Shown piece by piece: positions 20,279 through 29,854 of a stretch of 64,000 bases of DNA (the stretch's first letter is position 1; the number at the start of each line of letters is the position of its first letter). The notes below the pieces were generated by a model. That model was not told the origin of the DNA. It worked only from the letters and a program-made list of their open reading frames with translations, and did no database searches. The position numbers were made by a program, and so were the translations under genes. Origin of the DNA: an uncultured virus (IMG/VR IMGVR_UViG_3300025132_000029) (lineage: Duplodnaviria; Heunggongvirae; Uroviricota; Caudoviricetes); IMG/VR virus record IMGVR_UViG_3300025132_000029. One strand, 5' to 3'.

Positions 20279-20557
20279 ATGCCAGGACTAGCAGATATGG
20301 CAATACCGGCCAACGGGGAGACAGTTAATAATCAAACAATTAGTGGAAGATTAGAAACTATGACTATTGCACCTACAATGGGTGACCCGGCAACGGAAAC
20401 AGTAACAGCGAATCCTCCATTGGAGAACGCAACAATTAATCCTTTAATGGGTGATCCTGCAACAGAAACAGTTGAAGCAAATCCCCCATTAGAGCAAACA
20501 ACTATTAACACAGTTTTAGGTGAACCGGATACTACGCCGTATCCGACAACATTGTAA
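20279..20557 (+). CDS. Acidic Pro/Thr-rich protein with 23-aa tandem repeats
   Basis: MGDPATETVxANPPLE occurs twice plus a degenerate copy; GGGGAG SD. Confidence 0.65.
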   Translation: MPGLADMAIPANGETVNNQTISGRLETMTIAPTMGDPATETVTANPPLENATINPLMGDPATETVEANPPLEQTTINTVLGEPDTTPYPTTL

Positions 20558-20572
20558 TATAAATTTTAGGAG

Positions 20573-21349
20573 ATGATGAAAATGGCTTTACAAATTTTAA
20601 CATGGAATCAATGGCTAAGATTCCCAAACAACGCAAAACTTGCTGAAGATAATATTCACAAAGCAAAAGCTGAATATCTTCGTGAGCAGTATATGGCTGA
20701 ACAATATTTCAATTATGTAAATATTGCACAACCAACTGGAAACAAGAAAAAAATAACTGGACTAACTAATCAAGTAACAACCCTTACATGGGAAGGTGTA
20801 GGTGCTGACCCTGTTTATGCAAATGGTGTTGCAGGTGGCGGATTACACAATTACTATTTTGAATTAGAATCTGTTACTGATGGTGAACCATTTTTACACA
20901 ATAGACAAAGATACGCATATGTATTCGTTTCTTCGTCAGTATCTGGAAATTCTTCAGTATATGCAGATTTATTACAAAGAAAGGATGGCTCAGGTGCAGA
21001 TTACTTTGACGCTGTACATACTTCTTCATATACAACTGCTGACAATCCAAGTGTAACTGCATCAGCTGCAACAGCAATGATTGACACTATTAATGCAACA
21101 GCTGCTACATACTTTACTGCAACGACTAGTTCACGTGGTGAAACTCTTGTAGTTACAAATGTATATAAAGGATTAGTTTCTTCATCAGCAGAATCATCAA
21201 GATTAGCAAGTACGGCATCTATTGCAGTAACTACTATTGGATATGATACATTTACAGATAGTACTGGTAAAACTGGTGTTAATGACCCAGCACAAACAAT
21301 TGATGATAGAGGAATATCTGATAAATATAAACGATTTAGTAACCAATAA
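20573..21349 (+). CDS. Hypothetical virion protein (Ser/Thr/Ala-rich)
   Basis: 258 aa, AGGAG SD, head-module context. Confidence 0.65.
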   Translation: MMKMALQILTWNQWLRFPNNAKLAEDNIHKAKAEYLREQYMAEQYFNYVNIAQPTGNKKKITGLTNQVTTLTWEGVGADPVYANGVAGGGLHNYYFELESVTDGEPFLHNRQRYAYVFVSSSVSGNSSVYADLLQRKDGSGADYFDAVHTSSYTTADNPSVTASAATAMIDTINATAATYFTATTSSRGETLVVTNVYKGLVSSSAESSRLASTASIAVTTIGYDTFTDSTGKTGVNDPAQTIDDRGISDKYKRFSNQ

Positions 21350-21361
21350 GAAGGACGCTTT

Positions 21362-22024
21362 ATGAAAAGTTTACTAGTTGATTATACTAACTTTGATATA
21401 ACACCACAAATGATTACCGAGTCTGAACAACAGAATGGCGGAAAGGTAATATTGACAGGTGTTTTACAAAGAGCAGGCGCCAAAAACCAAAATGGTAGGG
21501 TATATCCTAAAGATATTTTGGCTAGGGAAGTTGCTGAGTATAAAAAAGGCCCAGTTGCCGAAAGGCGTGCACTCGGAGAATTGGACCACCCAGAATCATC
21601 TGTAGTAAACTTGTCAAATGCAAGCCACAATGTTTTAGATTGTTGGTTTCAAAACGATGACGTTATTGGTAAAGTTGAAATATTAGATACACCAAGTGGA
21701 AAAATACTTAAAGAACTATTAAAGGCAGGAATTAAGTTAGGAATAAGTAGTAGAGGCTTAGGTTCTGTTAGGGAACTTGGTGAAGGCACTGTTGAAGTAC
21801 AAGACGATTTTGAATTAATATGTTGGGACTTTGTATCAAATCCATCAACCCACGGAGCATTTATGAAACCCATGAATGAATCCGTAAATCTATCATCTCC
21901 TGTTGATAGATTTGATTCAATAAACAATATAATTAGAGAAATCATTTGTGAAACAACTGGAAAGTGTTCTATAAAACATGCAAAACACTCGTGTAAATGT
22001 GGCGGAACATGTGGCCACTGTTAA
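21362..22024 (+). CDS. Prohead core protease (T4 gp21-like)
   Basis: KNQNGRVYP, ALGELDHP, GISSRGLGS, WDFVSNPST. Confidence 0.95.
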   Translation: MKSLLVDYTNFDITPQMITESEQQNGGKVILTGVLQRAGAKNQNGRVYPKDILAREVAEYKKGPVAERRALGELDHPESSVVNLSNASHNVLDCWFQNDDVIGKVEILDTPSGKILKELLKAGIKLGISSRGLGSVRELGEGTVEVQDDFELICWDFVSNPSTHGAFMKPMNESVNLSSPVDRFDSINNIIREIICETTGKCSIKHAKHSCKCGGTCGHC

Positions 22025-22036
22025 TTGGAGAATGTA

Positions 22037-22576
22037 ATGAAACTTAAAAAACTATATGAAAATATAAAAGATGAATCTTTCACAGTAAAAGAAAAGAAAG
22101 AATTCATGCAGGCAATTTCAGAATTTAATAATTTTGGAAAACAAATATATAGAACTTCTGAAGTTAATGAAGCTATAACAACTATTACTGAACTTGTTGA
22201 AAAAGCACAAAAAATTACAATTGGTGAAACGGCCGATTGGTTTGATGGTGTTTCAGTAAAACGTGATATGAAAAGCTTAGGTGAATCATTATCGTTATTT
22301 AACAAAACTGCAAAAGAAATGAGTGGTATGCAACAAAGAATGGAATCACTATATGAAGATATGGGATACAAACTTGGCAAATACTTTAACATTGCAGAAA
22401 AGCTTGACAATATTGATGATAAGGAAGCTGCAATGGATTTTGATGATTTACCTGACAAAGACATTGATAATGATGGTGATACTGATAAGTCAGATAAATA
22501 CCTACATCACAAATTAGGAAACGTTGCTAAGAGAACAGAAAATAGATTAAAGAAATTAGCCGCTATAAAAAAATAA
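22037..22576 (+). CDS. Probable prohead core protein with EF-hand-like loop
   Basis: GGAG SD favours ATG 22037; DIDNDGDTDKSD loop. Confidence 0.6.
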   Translation: MKLKKLYENIKDESFTVKEKKEFMQAISEFNNFGKQIYRTSEVNEAITTITELVEKAQKITIGETADWFDGVSVKRDMKSLGESLSLFNKTAKEMSGMQQRMESLYEDMGYKLGKYFNIAEKLDNIDDKEAAMDFDDLPDKDIDNDGDTDKSDKYLHHKLGNVAKRTENRLKKLAAIKK

Positions 22577-22589
22577 ATCATCGCTACTT

Positions 22590-22629
22590 AAAAAAGTCCT
22601 ATAATAATTTTTTATTGTAGGATTTTTTT
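22590..22629 (+). terminator. Intrinsic terminator overlapping the class-2 promoter upstream of bS21
   Basis: AAAAAAGTCCTATAATAA / TTATTGTAGGATTTTTTT inverted repeat with T tract. Confidence 0.6.
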
Positions 22630-22637
22630 GTTATATT
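22603..22637 (+). promoter_or_regulatory. Putative early/middle (class-2) promoter
   Basis: AATAATTTTTTATTGT-N-TTGTTATATT, shared with five sites in the replication region. Confidence 0.6.
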
Positions 22638-22674
22638 ACTACTAATAAAATTTTAACAATAAAAATAGACGTGT

Positions 22675-23013
22675 ATGAGTAAATTCAAACCAAGGACTAG
22701 AAATGGTCAAGTAATTAAGAATTACATAAAGAGAACAGACTTTGTTCTTCCGGGTTGCGCTAATGGCGTAAAAGTACCAAATGCTTCACCCGGAGCATTA
22801 GAGAAATCATTAAAGATTCTAAAAAGACAATTAAAGGATACTGAAATGTTTACTGAGTTGAGGGAGAGACAATATTTTGAAAAGCCTTCTGCAAAGAAAC
22901 GTAAACAAAAACAGCAAGCTATCAGAGCTCAAAAGAAATGGGAGAGAGATAGAAAGCGGTATGAAAAACAACATCCTTGTTGGACAGTTATTAGGAACGG
23001 ACAAGCACAATAA
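22675..23013 (+). CDS. rpsU: Phage-encoded 30S ribosomal protein bS21 with N- and C-terminal extensions
   Basis: VKV...LEKSLKILKRQ...ELRERQYFEKPSAKKRKQKQQAIR matches the bS21 pattern. Confidence 0.85.
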   Translation: MSKFKPRTRNGQVIKNYIKRTDFVLPGCANGVKVPNASPGALEKSLKILKRQLKDTEMFTELRERQYFEKPSAKKRKQKQQAIRAQKKWERDRKRYEKQHPCWTVIRNGQAQ

Positions 23014-23020
23014 GTTAATT

Positions 23021-23043
23021 GGGAGATTTATTCTCCCTTTTTT
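23021..23043 (+). terminator. Intrinsic terminator after bS21
   Basis: GGGAGA-loop-TCTCCC followed by TTTTTT. Confidence 0.75.
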
Positions 23044-23085
23044 CATTTTTATAGTTAAAAATACACACTTTTAGTATATACAAAT

Positions 23086-23093
23086 ATATTTAT
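23086..23093 (+). promoter_or_regulatory. Putative late promoter for scaffold/capsid operon
   Basis: ATATTTAT motif. Confidence 0.55.
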
Positions 23094-23208
23094 CAAATAT
23101 AATACACTATCAACCTCAAATATAGTGGTCACAAATTATTTATATTAATTCTATTATAGTTCAATAATAACTATATTTCCTGTAAACAAATATTAAAGGA
23201 GAACAATT

Positions 23209-24270
23209 ATGGCAAAAAGTGATTTGCTCAAAGAAGCTATTGCGGACGCTAAGGCGGTTCGTGAAACTGCAATCGCTAACGCTAAACTTGCTCTTGAAGA
23301 AGCTTTCACTCCGAAACTTCAAAGTATGTTGTCTAAGAAAATCTCAGAAGAGATGGAAGAAGATGATGATACTGAAGAAATGGAAGAGAATGTAGGATCT
23401 TCTGAAATTGGAAAAGGTGACAACAGTTCACCGTCAGCTGATGCATCAGATTCATCAGACTTAGCAGATAACGTGGAAACCAAAAAAGAAACGGCCGAAG
23501 AGGGCGAAGAAATGGATGAAATGGAAGTTGAGGATGATTTAACTGAAGGCGAAGAAACTGACGAAGAAATGATGGAAACTGAAACCGATGAAATGGAAGA
23601 AGATGAAACTGAAGAAGTTTACGAAGCAGAAGAAACTGATGATGACGACGAATTAGCCGAAATCATTAAAGAATTAGAAACTGATGAAGACGACATGGAG
23701 GTTGAAGAACCGAGTGCTGAAGACGTTCCTAGTGAAGAACCTGCTGAAGAACCAACTGAAGTTCCTGCTGATGAAATGGCAATGGAAGACGAGGAAACCG
23801 ACGAAATGGAAGAAGACATTGACATCCAAGAAGTTATTAAGGCGTTAAAAGAAGACGACGAAAATGACGAAATGATGGAAGATGAAACTGATGAAATGGA
23901 AGAAATGGTACCTGAATCTAAATTAAGAGAGGCTTATAACACTATTAGTGAAATGAGAAAAACTCTTAATGAAGTAAATCTTCTAAATGCTAAACTATTA
24001 TTTTCAAACAAATTGTTTAGAAGTAACGGTTTATCTGAAGGTCAGAAAATGAAAGTTATCGAAACATTCGATAGAGCAACTAACGTTAGAGAGGTAAAAT
24101 TAATTTACACAACTTTAGCTGAGTCTTTTAAGAGTCCAGTTAAAACTAAAAACAGAGTAACTGAAGGATTTGCGTCCAAACCAACAAAAGGTACTAAGTC
24201 TGCTAAGACTGTTATCAGTGAGGGAACAACGCTATCTAACAGATTTAAGAAATTAGCTAACATTCTATAA
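23209..24270 (+). CDS. Prohead scaffolding/core protein (gp22-like)
   Basis: Extremely acidic central region, coiled-coil ends, immediately upstream of the MCP. Confidence 0.85.
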   Translation: MAKSDLLKEAIADAKAVRETAIANAKLALEEAFTPKLQSMLSKKISEEMEEDDDTEEMEENVGSSEIGKGDNSSPSADASDSSDLADNVETKKETAEEGEEMDEMEVEDDLTEGEETDEEMMETETDEMEEDETEEVYEAEETDDDDELAEIIKELETDEDDMEVEEPSAEDVPSEEPAEEPTEVPADEMAMEDEETDEMEEDIDIQEVIKALKEDDENDEMMEDETDEMEEMVPESKLREAYNTISEMRKTLNEVNLLNAKLLFSNKLFRSNGLSEGQKMKVIETFDRATNVREVKLIYTTLAESFKSPVKTKNRVTEGFASKPTKGTKSAKTVISEGTTLSNRFKKLANIL

Positions 24271-24281
24271 GGAGAAAAAAA

Positions 24282-25985
24282 ATGTCAAATATAGGCAACT
24301 TATTAAATGAAGCTGGCACTCAAATGAGAAAGCAACAAGATGCTACTAAACATCTTACTAATAAATGGAACAAAACTGGACTATTAGAGGGTATCGGACA
24401 CGAGTACGATAAAACTGGTATGGCTGTTTTACTTGAAAACCAAGCAAGACAACTTATCGATGAAAACTCATCTACTGGTACAACTACTTCATCTGAACAA
24501 TGGTCAGGTGTTGCTCTTCCACTAGTTAGAAGAATCTTTAGTGAAATTGCTGCAAAAGATTTTGTTAGTGTACAGCCAATGAATCTTCCTTCTGGACTAG
24601 TATTTTATTTAGATTTCAAATACGGTTCAGCAGAAGGAATCAACGATGGTAATAGATTTACCAAAGGATCCGATGTATTCGGAAACACATCTGCATCAGG
24701 CGACCCAGCCGGTGGTCTTTACGGTGCAGGAAGATATGGATATTCAATCAAAGATAAATCAGCAACAAGAGATAGTTTAACATTTGCAACTGCATCTTGG
24801 AAAGAAGCTGACTTTGATGGTAATCACTATTCTGCATCTAGCGCAATTGCTGCATTAGTTGCAAAAACTGGTGATGCTCCAATTAAATTAACTAAAGTAT
24901 CGTTTGGTATCGGTGACTTAAGTAATGTTGACAAATTGTCAGTAAGATCATGGGCTATAACTGGTTCATCTGTTGATGCTGCTGATACAATTGGTCAATT
25001 TAACTTTTTAACTGATGCTTCTGGAAACGAAGTAACACTTACAGATAATGTATCTGATAGCGTTGCAGTATCTGCATCATTATTCGTTAACTTATCTCCA
25101 GGTGCTGGTGGAGCTTCTTCATCATTAGGCTTAAACTATAAAGCACAGCCTGCTGATACTTCAAGAGGTGACTTTGAAGATACTACTGGTGGTAACCCTG
25201 ATAAGGACGCTGCTGGTGATATTCAGATTCCAGAAATCGATGTACAATTAAGAAGTGAAGCTATTGTTGCTAAGACTAGAAAATTAAAGGCAGTTTGGTC
25301 TCCTGAGTTCGCTCAAGACTTAAATGCTTACCACAGTATTGATGCTGAAGCTGAATTAACTTCTATGTTATCTGAGTATGTTTCTATGGAAATTGACTTA
25401 GAAATTTTAGATATGTTAATTCAAAACGCATTAACTGTTGATTACTGGTCAGCTACAATTGGTGAAACTATAAACGCTGAAGGAACGGCATTCGTTGCTG
25501 CATCTAACGCTGAAGCTTACCAACAAGGTACTTGGTTCCAAACACTTGGAACTAAAATCCAAAAAGTATCAAACAAAATACATCAGAAAACATTACGTGG
25601 TGGCGCAAACTTCGTAGTATGTTCTCCTGAAGTAGCAACTATTCTAGAATCAATTCCAGGATACGCTGCTGATACTGATGGTACTGCAATCGGTAAACAA
25701 GGATTCGCAATGGGCGTTCAAAAAGTTGGTGCATTAAACAACAGATATACAGTTTACAAAAACCCTTACATGACTGAGAATACAATCTTGTTAGGATTTA
25801 GAGGAACTCAATTCCTTGAAACTGGTGCTGTTTATGCTCCGTACATTCCGCTTATCATGACTCCATTAGTGTATGACCCTCAAAACTTTACTCCAAGAAA
25901 AGGTGTAATGACGAGATACGCTAAGAAAATCGTGAGACCAGAATTCTATGGAAAAATCCATGTTAAAGATTTGAACAAACTTTAA
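24282..25985 (+). CDS. Major capsid protein (T4 gp23-like)
   Basis: VSVQPMNLPSGLVF, AKTRKLKAVWSPEFAQDL, YAPYIPL, GVMTRY. Confidence 0.97.
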   Translation: MSNIGNLLNEAGTQMRKQQDATKHLTNKWNKTGLLEGIGHEYDKTGMAVLLENQARQLIDENSSTGTTTSSEQWSGVALPLVRRIFSEIAAKDFVSVQPMNLPSGLVFYLDFKYGSAEGINDGNRFTKGSDVFGNTSASGDPAGGLYGAGRYGYSIKDKSATRDSLTFATASWKEADFDGNHYSASSAIAALVAKTGDAPIKLTKVSFGIGDLSNVDKLSVRSWAITGSSVDAADTIGQFNFLTDASGNEVTLTDNVSDSVAVSASLFVNLSPGAGGASSSLGLNYKAQPADTSRGDFEDTTGGNPDKDAAGDIQIPEIDVQLRSEAIVAKTRKLKAVWSPEFAQDLNAYHSIDAEAELTSMLSEYVSMEIDLEILDMLIQNALTVDYWSATIGETINAEGTAFVAASNAEAYQQGTWFQTLGTKIQKVSNKIHQKTLRGGANFVVCSPEVATILESIPGYAADTDGTAIGKQGFAMGVQKVGALNNRYTVYKNPYMTENTILLGFRGTQFLETGAVYAPYIPLIMTPLVYDPQNFTPRKGVMTRYAKKIVRPEFYGKIHVKDLNKL

Positions 25986-26009
25986 TAGATTGATTTTTTA
26001 ATATTGCTT

Positions 26010-26037
26010 AAGGGCCCTCTTTTTTGAGGGCCTTTTT
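26010..26037 (+). terminator. Intrinsic terminator after the major capsid gene
   Basis: GGCCCTC-TTTTTT-GAGGGCC followed by TTTTT. Confidence 0.85.
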
Positions 26038-26047
26038 GTTTTTGTTG

Positions 26048-26055
26048 ATATTTAT
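26048..26055 (+). promoter_or_regulatory. Putative late promoter motif ATATTTAT
   Basis: Recurrent motif upstream of phoH. Confidence 0.6.
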
Positions 26056-26071
26056 TGTAAAGGAGATTGTT

Positions 26072-26743
26072 ATGGCACAACCATTTTCACGAGATGCAGG
26101 TACAAAAAATAATAAGAAGGGATATAGATTTCTTTTATCATTAAATGAAGAGCAAAAACTAGCAAAGGCTGAGATAATCAAAAACACAATTTCCGTTATA
26201 CTTGGAAAGGCTGGGTCGGGTAAAACTCTTTTGGCATGTCAAATTGCATTACACGAAGTGTTAAGTAAATCAAGAAAAAAAATAATTATTACTAGACCCA
26301 CCATTTCTAAAGAAGACTTAGGTCACCTACCTGGAAACATGGAAGAAAAAATGTCACCCTGGGTAGCACCAATTTATGGAAATATGTATCAGTTGTTGAG
26401 AAAGGAAAGAGTTGAACAAATGATAAGTAAAGGCCAGATAGAAATTGTACCTGTTAGTTATATGAGAGGTAGAACATTTTTAGATTCATGTGTTATTGTT
26501 GATGAATGTCAAAACCTTGACCATGAACAGACATTAATGATATTACAAAGGATTGGAATAAATAGCCGTATGATGTTCTGTGGAGACACAGACCAAGTTG
26601 ACCTTAAGAAGAATGGTGATAGCGGTTTAAGCTTTCTAAAAAAGATAACAACAGTTGATGGCTTACATACAATAGAACTATTAGAAAATCATAGGCACCC
26701 AATTCTTACAGAGATATTATCAGTATATAAATCATATAAATAA
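26072..26743 (+). CDS. phoH: PhoH-family ATPase
   Basis: GKAGSGKT, LGHLPG, YMRGRTF, DECQN, GDTDQVD; AAGGAG SD favours ATG 26072 over 26024. Confidence 0.92.
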   Translation: MAQPFSRDAGTKNNKKGYRFLLSLNEEQKLAKAEIIKNTISVILGKAGSGKTLLACQIALHEVLSKSRKKIIITRPTISKEDLGHLPGNMEEKMSPWVAPIYGNMYQLLRKERVEQMISKGQIEIVPVSYMRGRTFLDSCVIVDECQNLDHEQTLMILQRIGINSRMMFCGDTDQVDLKKNGDSGLSFLKKITTVDGLHTIELLENHRHPILTEILSVYKSYK

Positions 26744-26752
26744 GCATGATTG

Positions 26753-26773
26753 ATATTTATATTTGATATTTAT
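26753..26773 (+). promoter_or_regulatory. Tandem putative late promoter motifs
   Basis: Two ATATTTAT copies (26753 and 26766). Confidence 0.6.
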
Positions 26774-26797
26774 TTATAATAGATAAAGGAGATTAGT

Positions 26798-27940
26798 ATG
26801 GCTACAGCCCAAATATGGCCTGGTTCATCATCATTCGCAACCGGAGGTACACCTTTTGGATTATATGATTCAGATATGGCTTTTACTTCATCGGCAGATA
26901 ACACAGCTGCTTGGTGTGCTAAAAGATTAGGTTACCCAATTGTTGATGTAGAACTACAAGCAGAAAATTTTTATGCATGCTTTGAAGAAGCGGTGACGGA
27001 ATATGGTGCACAAATAAATTATATGAACATCAAAAATAATTTATTTGTTATGCAAGGACAAGACACTGGGTCTAATCTATCTCAAAGAAATATTAAACCA
27101 ACAGCTGAAAATATTATTAGAATTTCTGAACAGTATGGTTCAGAGGTTGGTGTTGGTGGAACTATTGATTGGAGGTCAGGCTCAATAGATGTTAGTCAAG
27201 ATGTACAAGTATATGATTTAGATACTTATGCAGAAGTTTCACATAGTGGTAAGGCAATGGAAATTAAGAGAGTATTTTATCAAGGAGCTCCAGCCATTGC
27301 AAAATATTTTGATCCGTATATTGGAACAGGAATGGGAAGCCAACAGTTATTGGATTCATTTAGTTGGGGCGATATGTCACCAGCTGTCAATTATTTAATG
27401 TTACCAATGTATGATGACCTTCTTAGAGTACAAGCAATTGAATTTAATGATCACATTAGAAAATCTGCATATACTTTTGAACTTATAAATAATAAGTTAA
27501 GAATATTTCCAATACCTGGTAATAATTTCAAATTGCATTTTCATTATATATTAAGAGAAGATAGAAATCCAGTTTCAGGTTCACAAGGTCAATCTGAAAT
27601 TAGTGACTTTTCAAATATTCCATATAACAATTTAATATATTCTCAAATAAATGATTCTGGAAAACAATGGATAAGAAAATATACATTATCATTGGTAAAA
27701 GAATTGCTAGGAAGTATACGTGGTAAATATAGTTCACTTCCAGGCGTAAAAGGTGAAGTAAGTTTAGATGGTGATACCTTAAGAAGTGAAGCAAGTGCAG
27801 AAAAAGAAATACTAATTACACAACTAAGAGATGACTTAGAAGCGGTTAGTCGTAGAAATATGATGGAGCGTGAAAATGAAATATCACAGTTCCAAAATGA
27901 AGCATTAAATAAATTTCCTTATGGAATTTACATTGGATAA
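26798..27940 (+). CDS. Neck/head-completion protein (gp13-like)
   Basis: RLGYPIVDVEL, WIRKYTLSLVKELLG.IRGKY...VSLDG. Confidence 0.85.
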   Translation: MATAQIWPGSSSFATGGTPFGLYDSDMAFTSSADNTAAWCAKRLGYPIVDVELQAENFYACFEEAVTEYGAQINYMNIKNNLFVMQGQDTGSNLSQRNIKPTAENIIRISEQYGSEVGVGGTIDWRSGSIDVSQDVQVYDLDTYAEVSHSGKAMEIKRVFYQGAPAIAKYFDPYIGTGMGSQQLLDSFSWGDMSPAVNYLMLPMYDDLLRVQAIEFNDHIRKSAYTFELINNKLRIFPIPGNNFKLHFHYILREDRNPVSGSQGQSEISDFSNIPYNNLIYSQINDSGKQWIRKYTLSLVKELLGSIRGKYSSLPGVKGEVSLDGDTLRSEASAEKEILITQLRDDLEAVSRRNMMERENEISQFQNEALNKFPYGIYIG

Positions 27941-27945
27941 ATAGT

Positions 27946-28491
27946 ATGGCATTATTTGGAAGACAACGGGATATAAAGCTATTTAATAGTTTGAATAGGG
28001 AAATGATAAATGACATTTCTGATTTGAAGATAGACATTTATAAGCCATCGTTATCTGATTCAAAAATAAACCTGTATGGTGAAGCAACAAAAAGAGTATA
28101 CCTATCAGCAGTTAGAGTAGCATGTTTAATAGATTTGGAAAATCCAGAATTTTCAGAAGATGAATTGGCCGGCTTTGATGTATCACAAACTGTAACGTAT
28201 TACTTTCTAAAAGATATACTTCAAAACGATGCTGATATTGTATTAGAAGTAGGTGATGTATTTAATTGGGATGAATCATATTGGGAGGTTGATACTGTTA
28301 ATGAAAGTGATTACTTTTTAGGAAAAAATCCTGATACAAATAAAGATGTTGTTGGAAAGGCAATAGAGAATAGATTTGGTTCAAGCATTTCAATAATTTG
28401 TGAAACGCATTTAACTAGAAGAACGGCATTATCAATAGAACAAACAAATACTGGATATTCAGAAAAATATAACTTACCAAGTAACCTATAA
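27946..28491 (+). CDS. Neck protein (gp14-like)
   Basis: Position after gp13; NLYGEA and EVGDVF motifs. Confidence 0.7.
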   Translation: MALFGRQRDIKLFNSLNREMINDISDLKIDIYKPSLSDSKINLYGEATKRVYLSAVRVACLIDLENPEFSEDELAGFDVSQTVTYYFLKDILQNDADIVLEVGDVFNWDESYWEVDTVNESDYFLGKNPDTNKDVVGKAIENRFGSSISIICETHLTRRTALSIEQTNTGYSEKYNLPSNL

Positions 28492-28493
28492 AA

Positions 28494-29414
28494 ATGGAAC
28501 AAAGAAAAAAACCTATACCAAAGCAAGCAGTTTCTAAAACTGTAAATAGGGCAGAACAAGTCAAAAGAGATGACAATGTCCAAAACTTTGATATGGGATT
28601 GTATCAGATAGATGAAACAATAAAATATTATTTTGATAATGTAATAATGCCACAAGTTACAGATAGTAATGACAATGTTGTACCTGTACCTGTAATTTAT
28701 GGTTCTCCTCAAAGATGGAAGGCTGCTCAAAAATCAGGTTTCTATCGTGATAAAAAAGGTAGAATACAACTTCCATTAATAATGTATAAGAGAACGGGTA
28801 TTGAAAAGAATAGAAATTATTCTAGACATTTTGACCATGCAAATAACAATTTGTATTATACATTTGAAAATAGAAATACACAAATAAATAAATATGATAA
28901 TTTTTCTGCACTGATTGGTCAAAAACCAAAAAAAGAATTACATAAAGTAGTTGTACCATCTTATGTTAATTTAACATATGAATGTATTATATGGTGTGAA
29001 TTTATAGAACAGATAAATAAAGTGGTTGAGGCTGTTGAATATGCAAGTGATTCATATTGGGGTGACCCTGAAAGATTTAAGTTCTCTTCAAAAATTGATT
29101 CGTTTGACGGCGTAACTGATTTGGTACAAGGTGGTGATAGAACAGTAAGAAGTTCATTTTCAATAAATATGTTTGGATATATTATACCAGATGCGCTACA
29201 GAAAAAACTTAAAGAATCAAGTCAAAAAGTATTTACATCTGCAAAAGTTACATTTGGAAATGAAACTGTATCTGGAGACATAGCAAATTTAATGGGTGGT
29301 GATCCGTTAGAAAACCCTGATAGCGTTGGTCGACCAATAATTCCAGAATCCGATGCATCACCATCAGATGAGCTTAGAGGAATTTCATCTAGAAGGCTTC
29401 GTGGCAAAAAATAA
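28494..29414 (+). CDS. Tail terminator/sheath stabiliser (gp15-like)
   Basis: VPVIYGSPQRW, IQLPLI motifs; synteny. Confidence 0.75.
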   Translation: MEQRKKPIPKQAVSKTVNRAEQVKRDDNVQNFDMGLYQIDETIKYYFDNVIMPQVTDSNDNVVPVPVIYGSPQRWKAAQKSGFYRDKKGRIQLPLIMYKRTGIEKNRNYSRHFDHANNNLYYTFENRNTQINKYDNFSALIGQKPKKELHKVVVPSYVNLTYECIIWCEFIEQINKVVEAVEYASDSYWGDPERFKFSSKIDSFDGVTDLVQGGDRTVRSSFSINMFGYIIPDALQKKLKESSQKVFTSAKVTFGNETVSGDIANLMGGDPLENPDSVGRPIIPESDASPSDELRGISSRRLRGKK

Positions 29415-29437
29415 TCACATTTTAGAAAAAGTTTTAG

Positions 29438-29445
29438 ATATTTAT
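29438..29445 (+). promoter_or_regulatory. Putative late promoter motif ATATTTAT
   Basis: Recurrent motif. Confidence 0.55.
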
Positions 29446-29481
29446 TATTGTTAACTTATTTATATTAAAAGGAGAAATGTT

Positions 29482-29760
29482 ATGGCAGAAACGACAGAAA
29501 AAGTCGACAATATCAAGTTTACAACAGATGAGATTGACAAATTAAAAGATATAAGAAATAGATACCAAGAATTAGTTTTTCAACTGGGACAAGTAAGAGC
29601 CCAACAAATAGATTTTGAAATTAAAGAATCAAATATTACAAACTCGGTTAAAGAACTAAAAAAGGAAGAGCAAACTTTTGCAGCTGAATTAAACACGAAA
29701 TATGGAGCAGGTTCATTAGATATACAAACTGGTGAATTTAACCCATTAAAAAAGCAGTAA
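29482..29760 (+). CDS. Small coiled-coil hypothetical protein
   Basis: 92 aa, strong SD, KYGAGSLDIQTGEF C-terminus. Confidence 0.7.
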   Translation: MAETTEKVDNIKFTTDEIDKLKDIRNRYQELVFQLGQVRAQQIDFEIKESNITNSVKELKKEEQTFAAELNTKYGAGSLDIQTGEFNPLKKQ

Positions 29761-29786
29761 AACTTGGTCTTTCGGTTTCTGAGTTT

Positions 29787-29794
29787 ATATTTAT
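29787..29794 (+). promoter_or_regulatory. Putative late promoter motif ATATTTAT
   Basis: Recurrent motif upstream of the sheath gene. Confidence 0.6.
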
Positions 29795-29854
29795 ATATGT
29801 AATTATTAGCACAAAAACAATGTGTTGAGTTAAATTAATTTATGGAGAAAATAG

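Noticed and set aside
26024..26071. Track start for PhoH at 26024
   Set aside because: It lies within the capsid terminator; the promoter motif and SD point to ATG 26072
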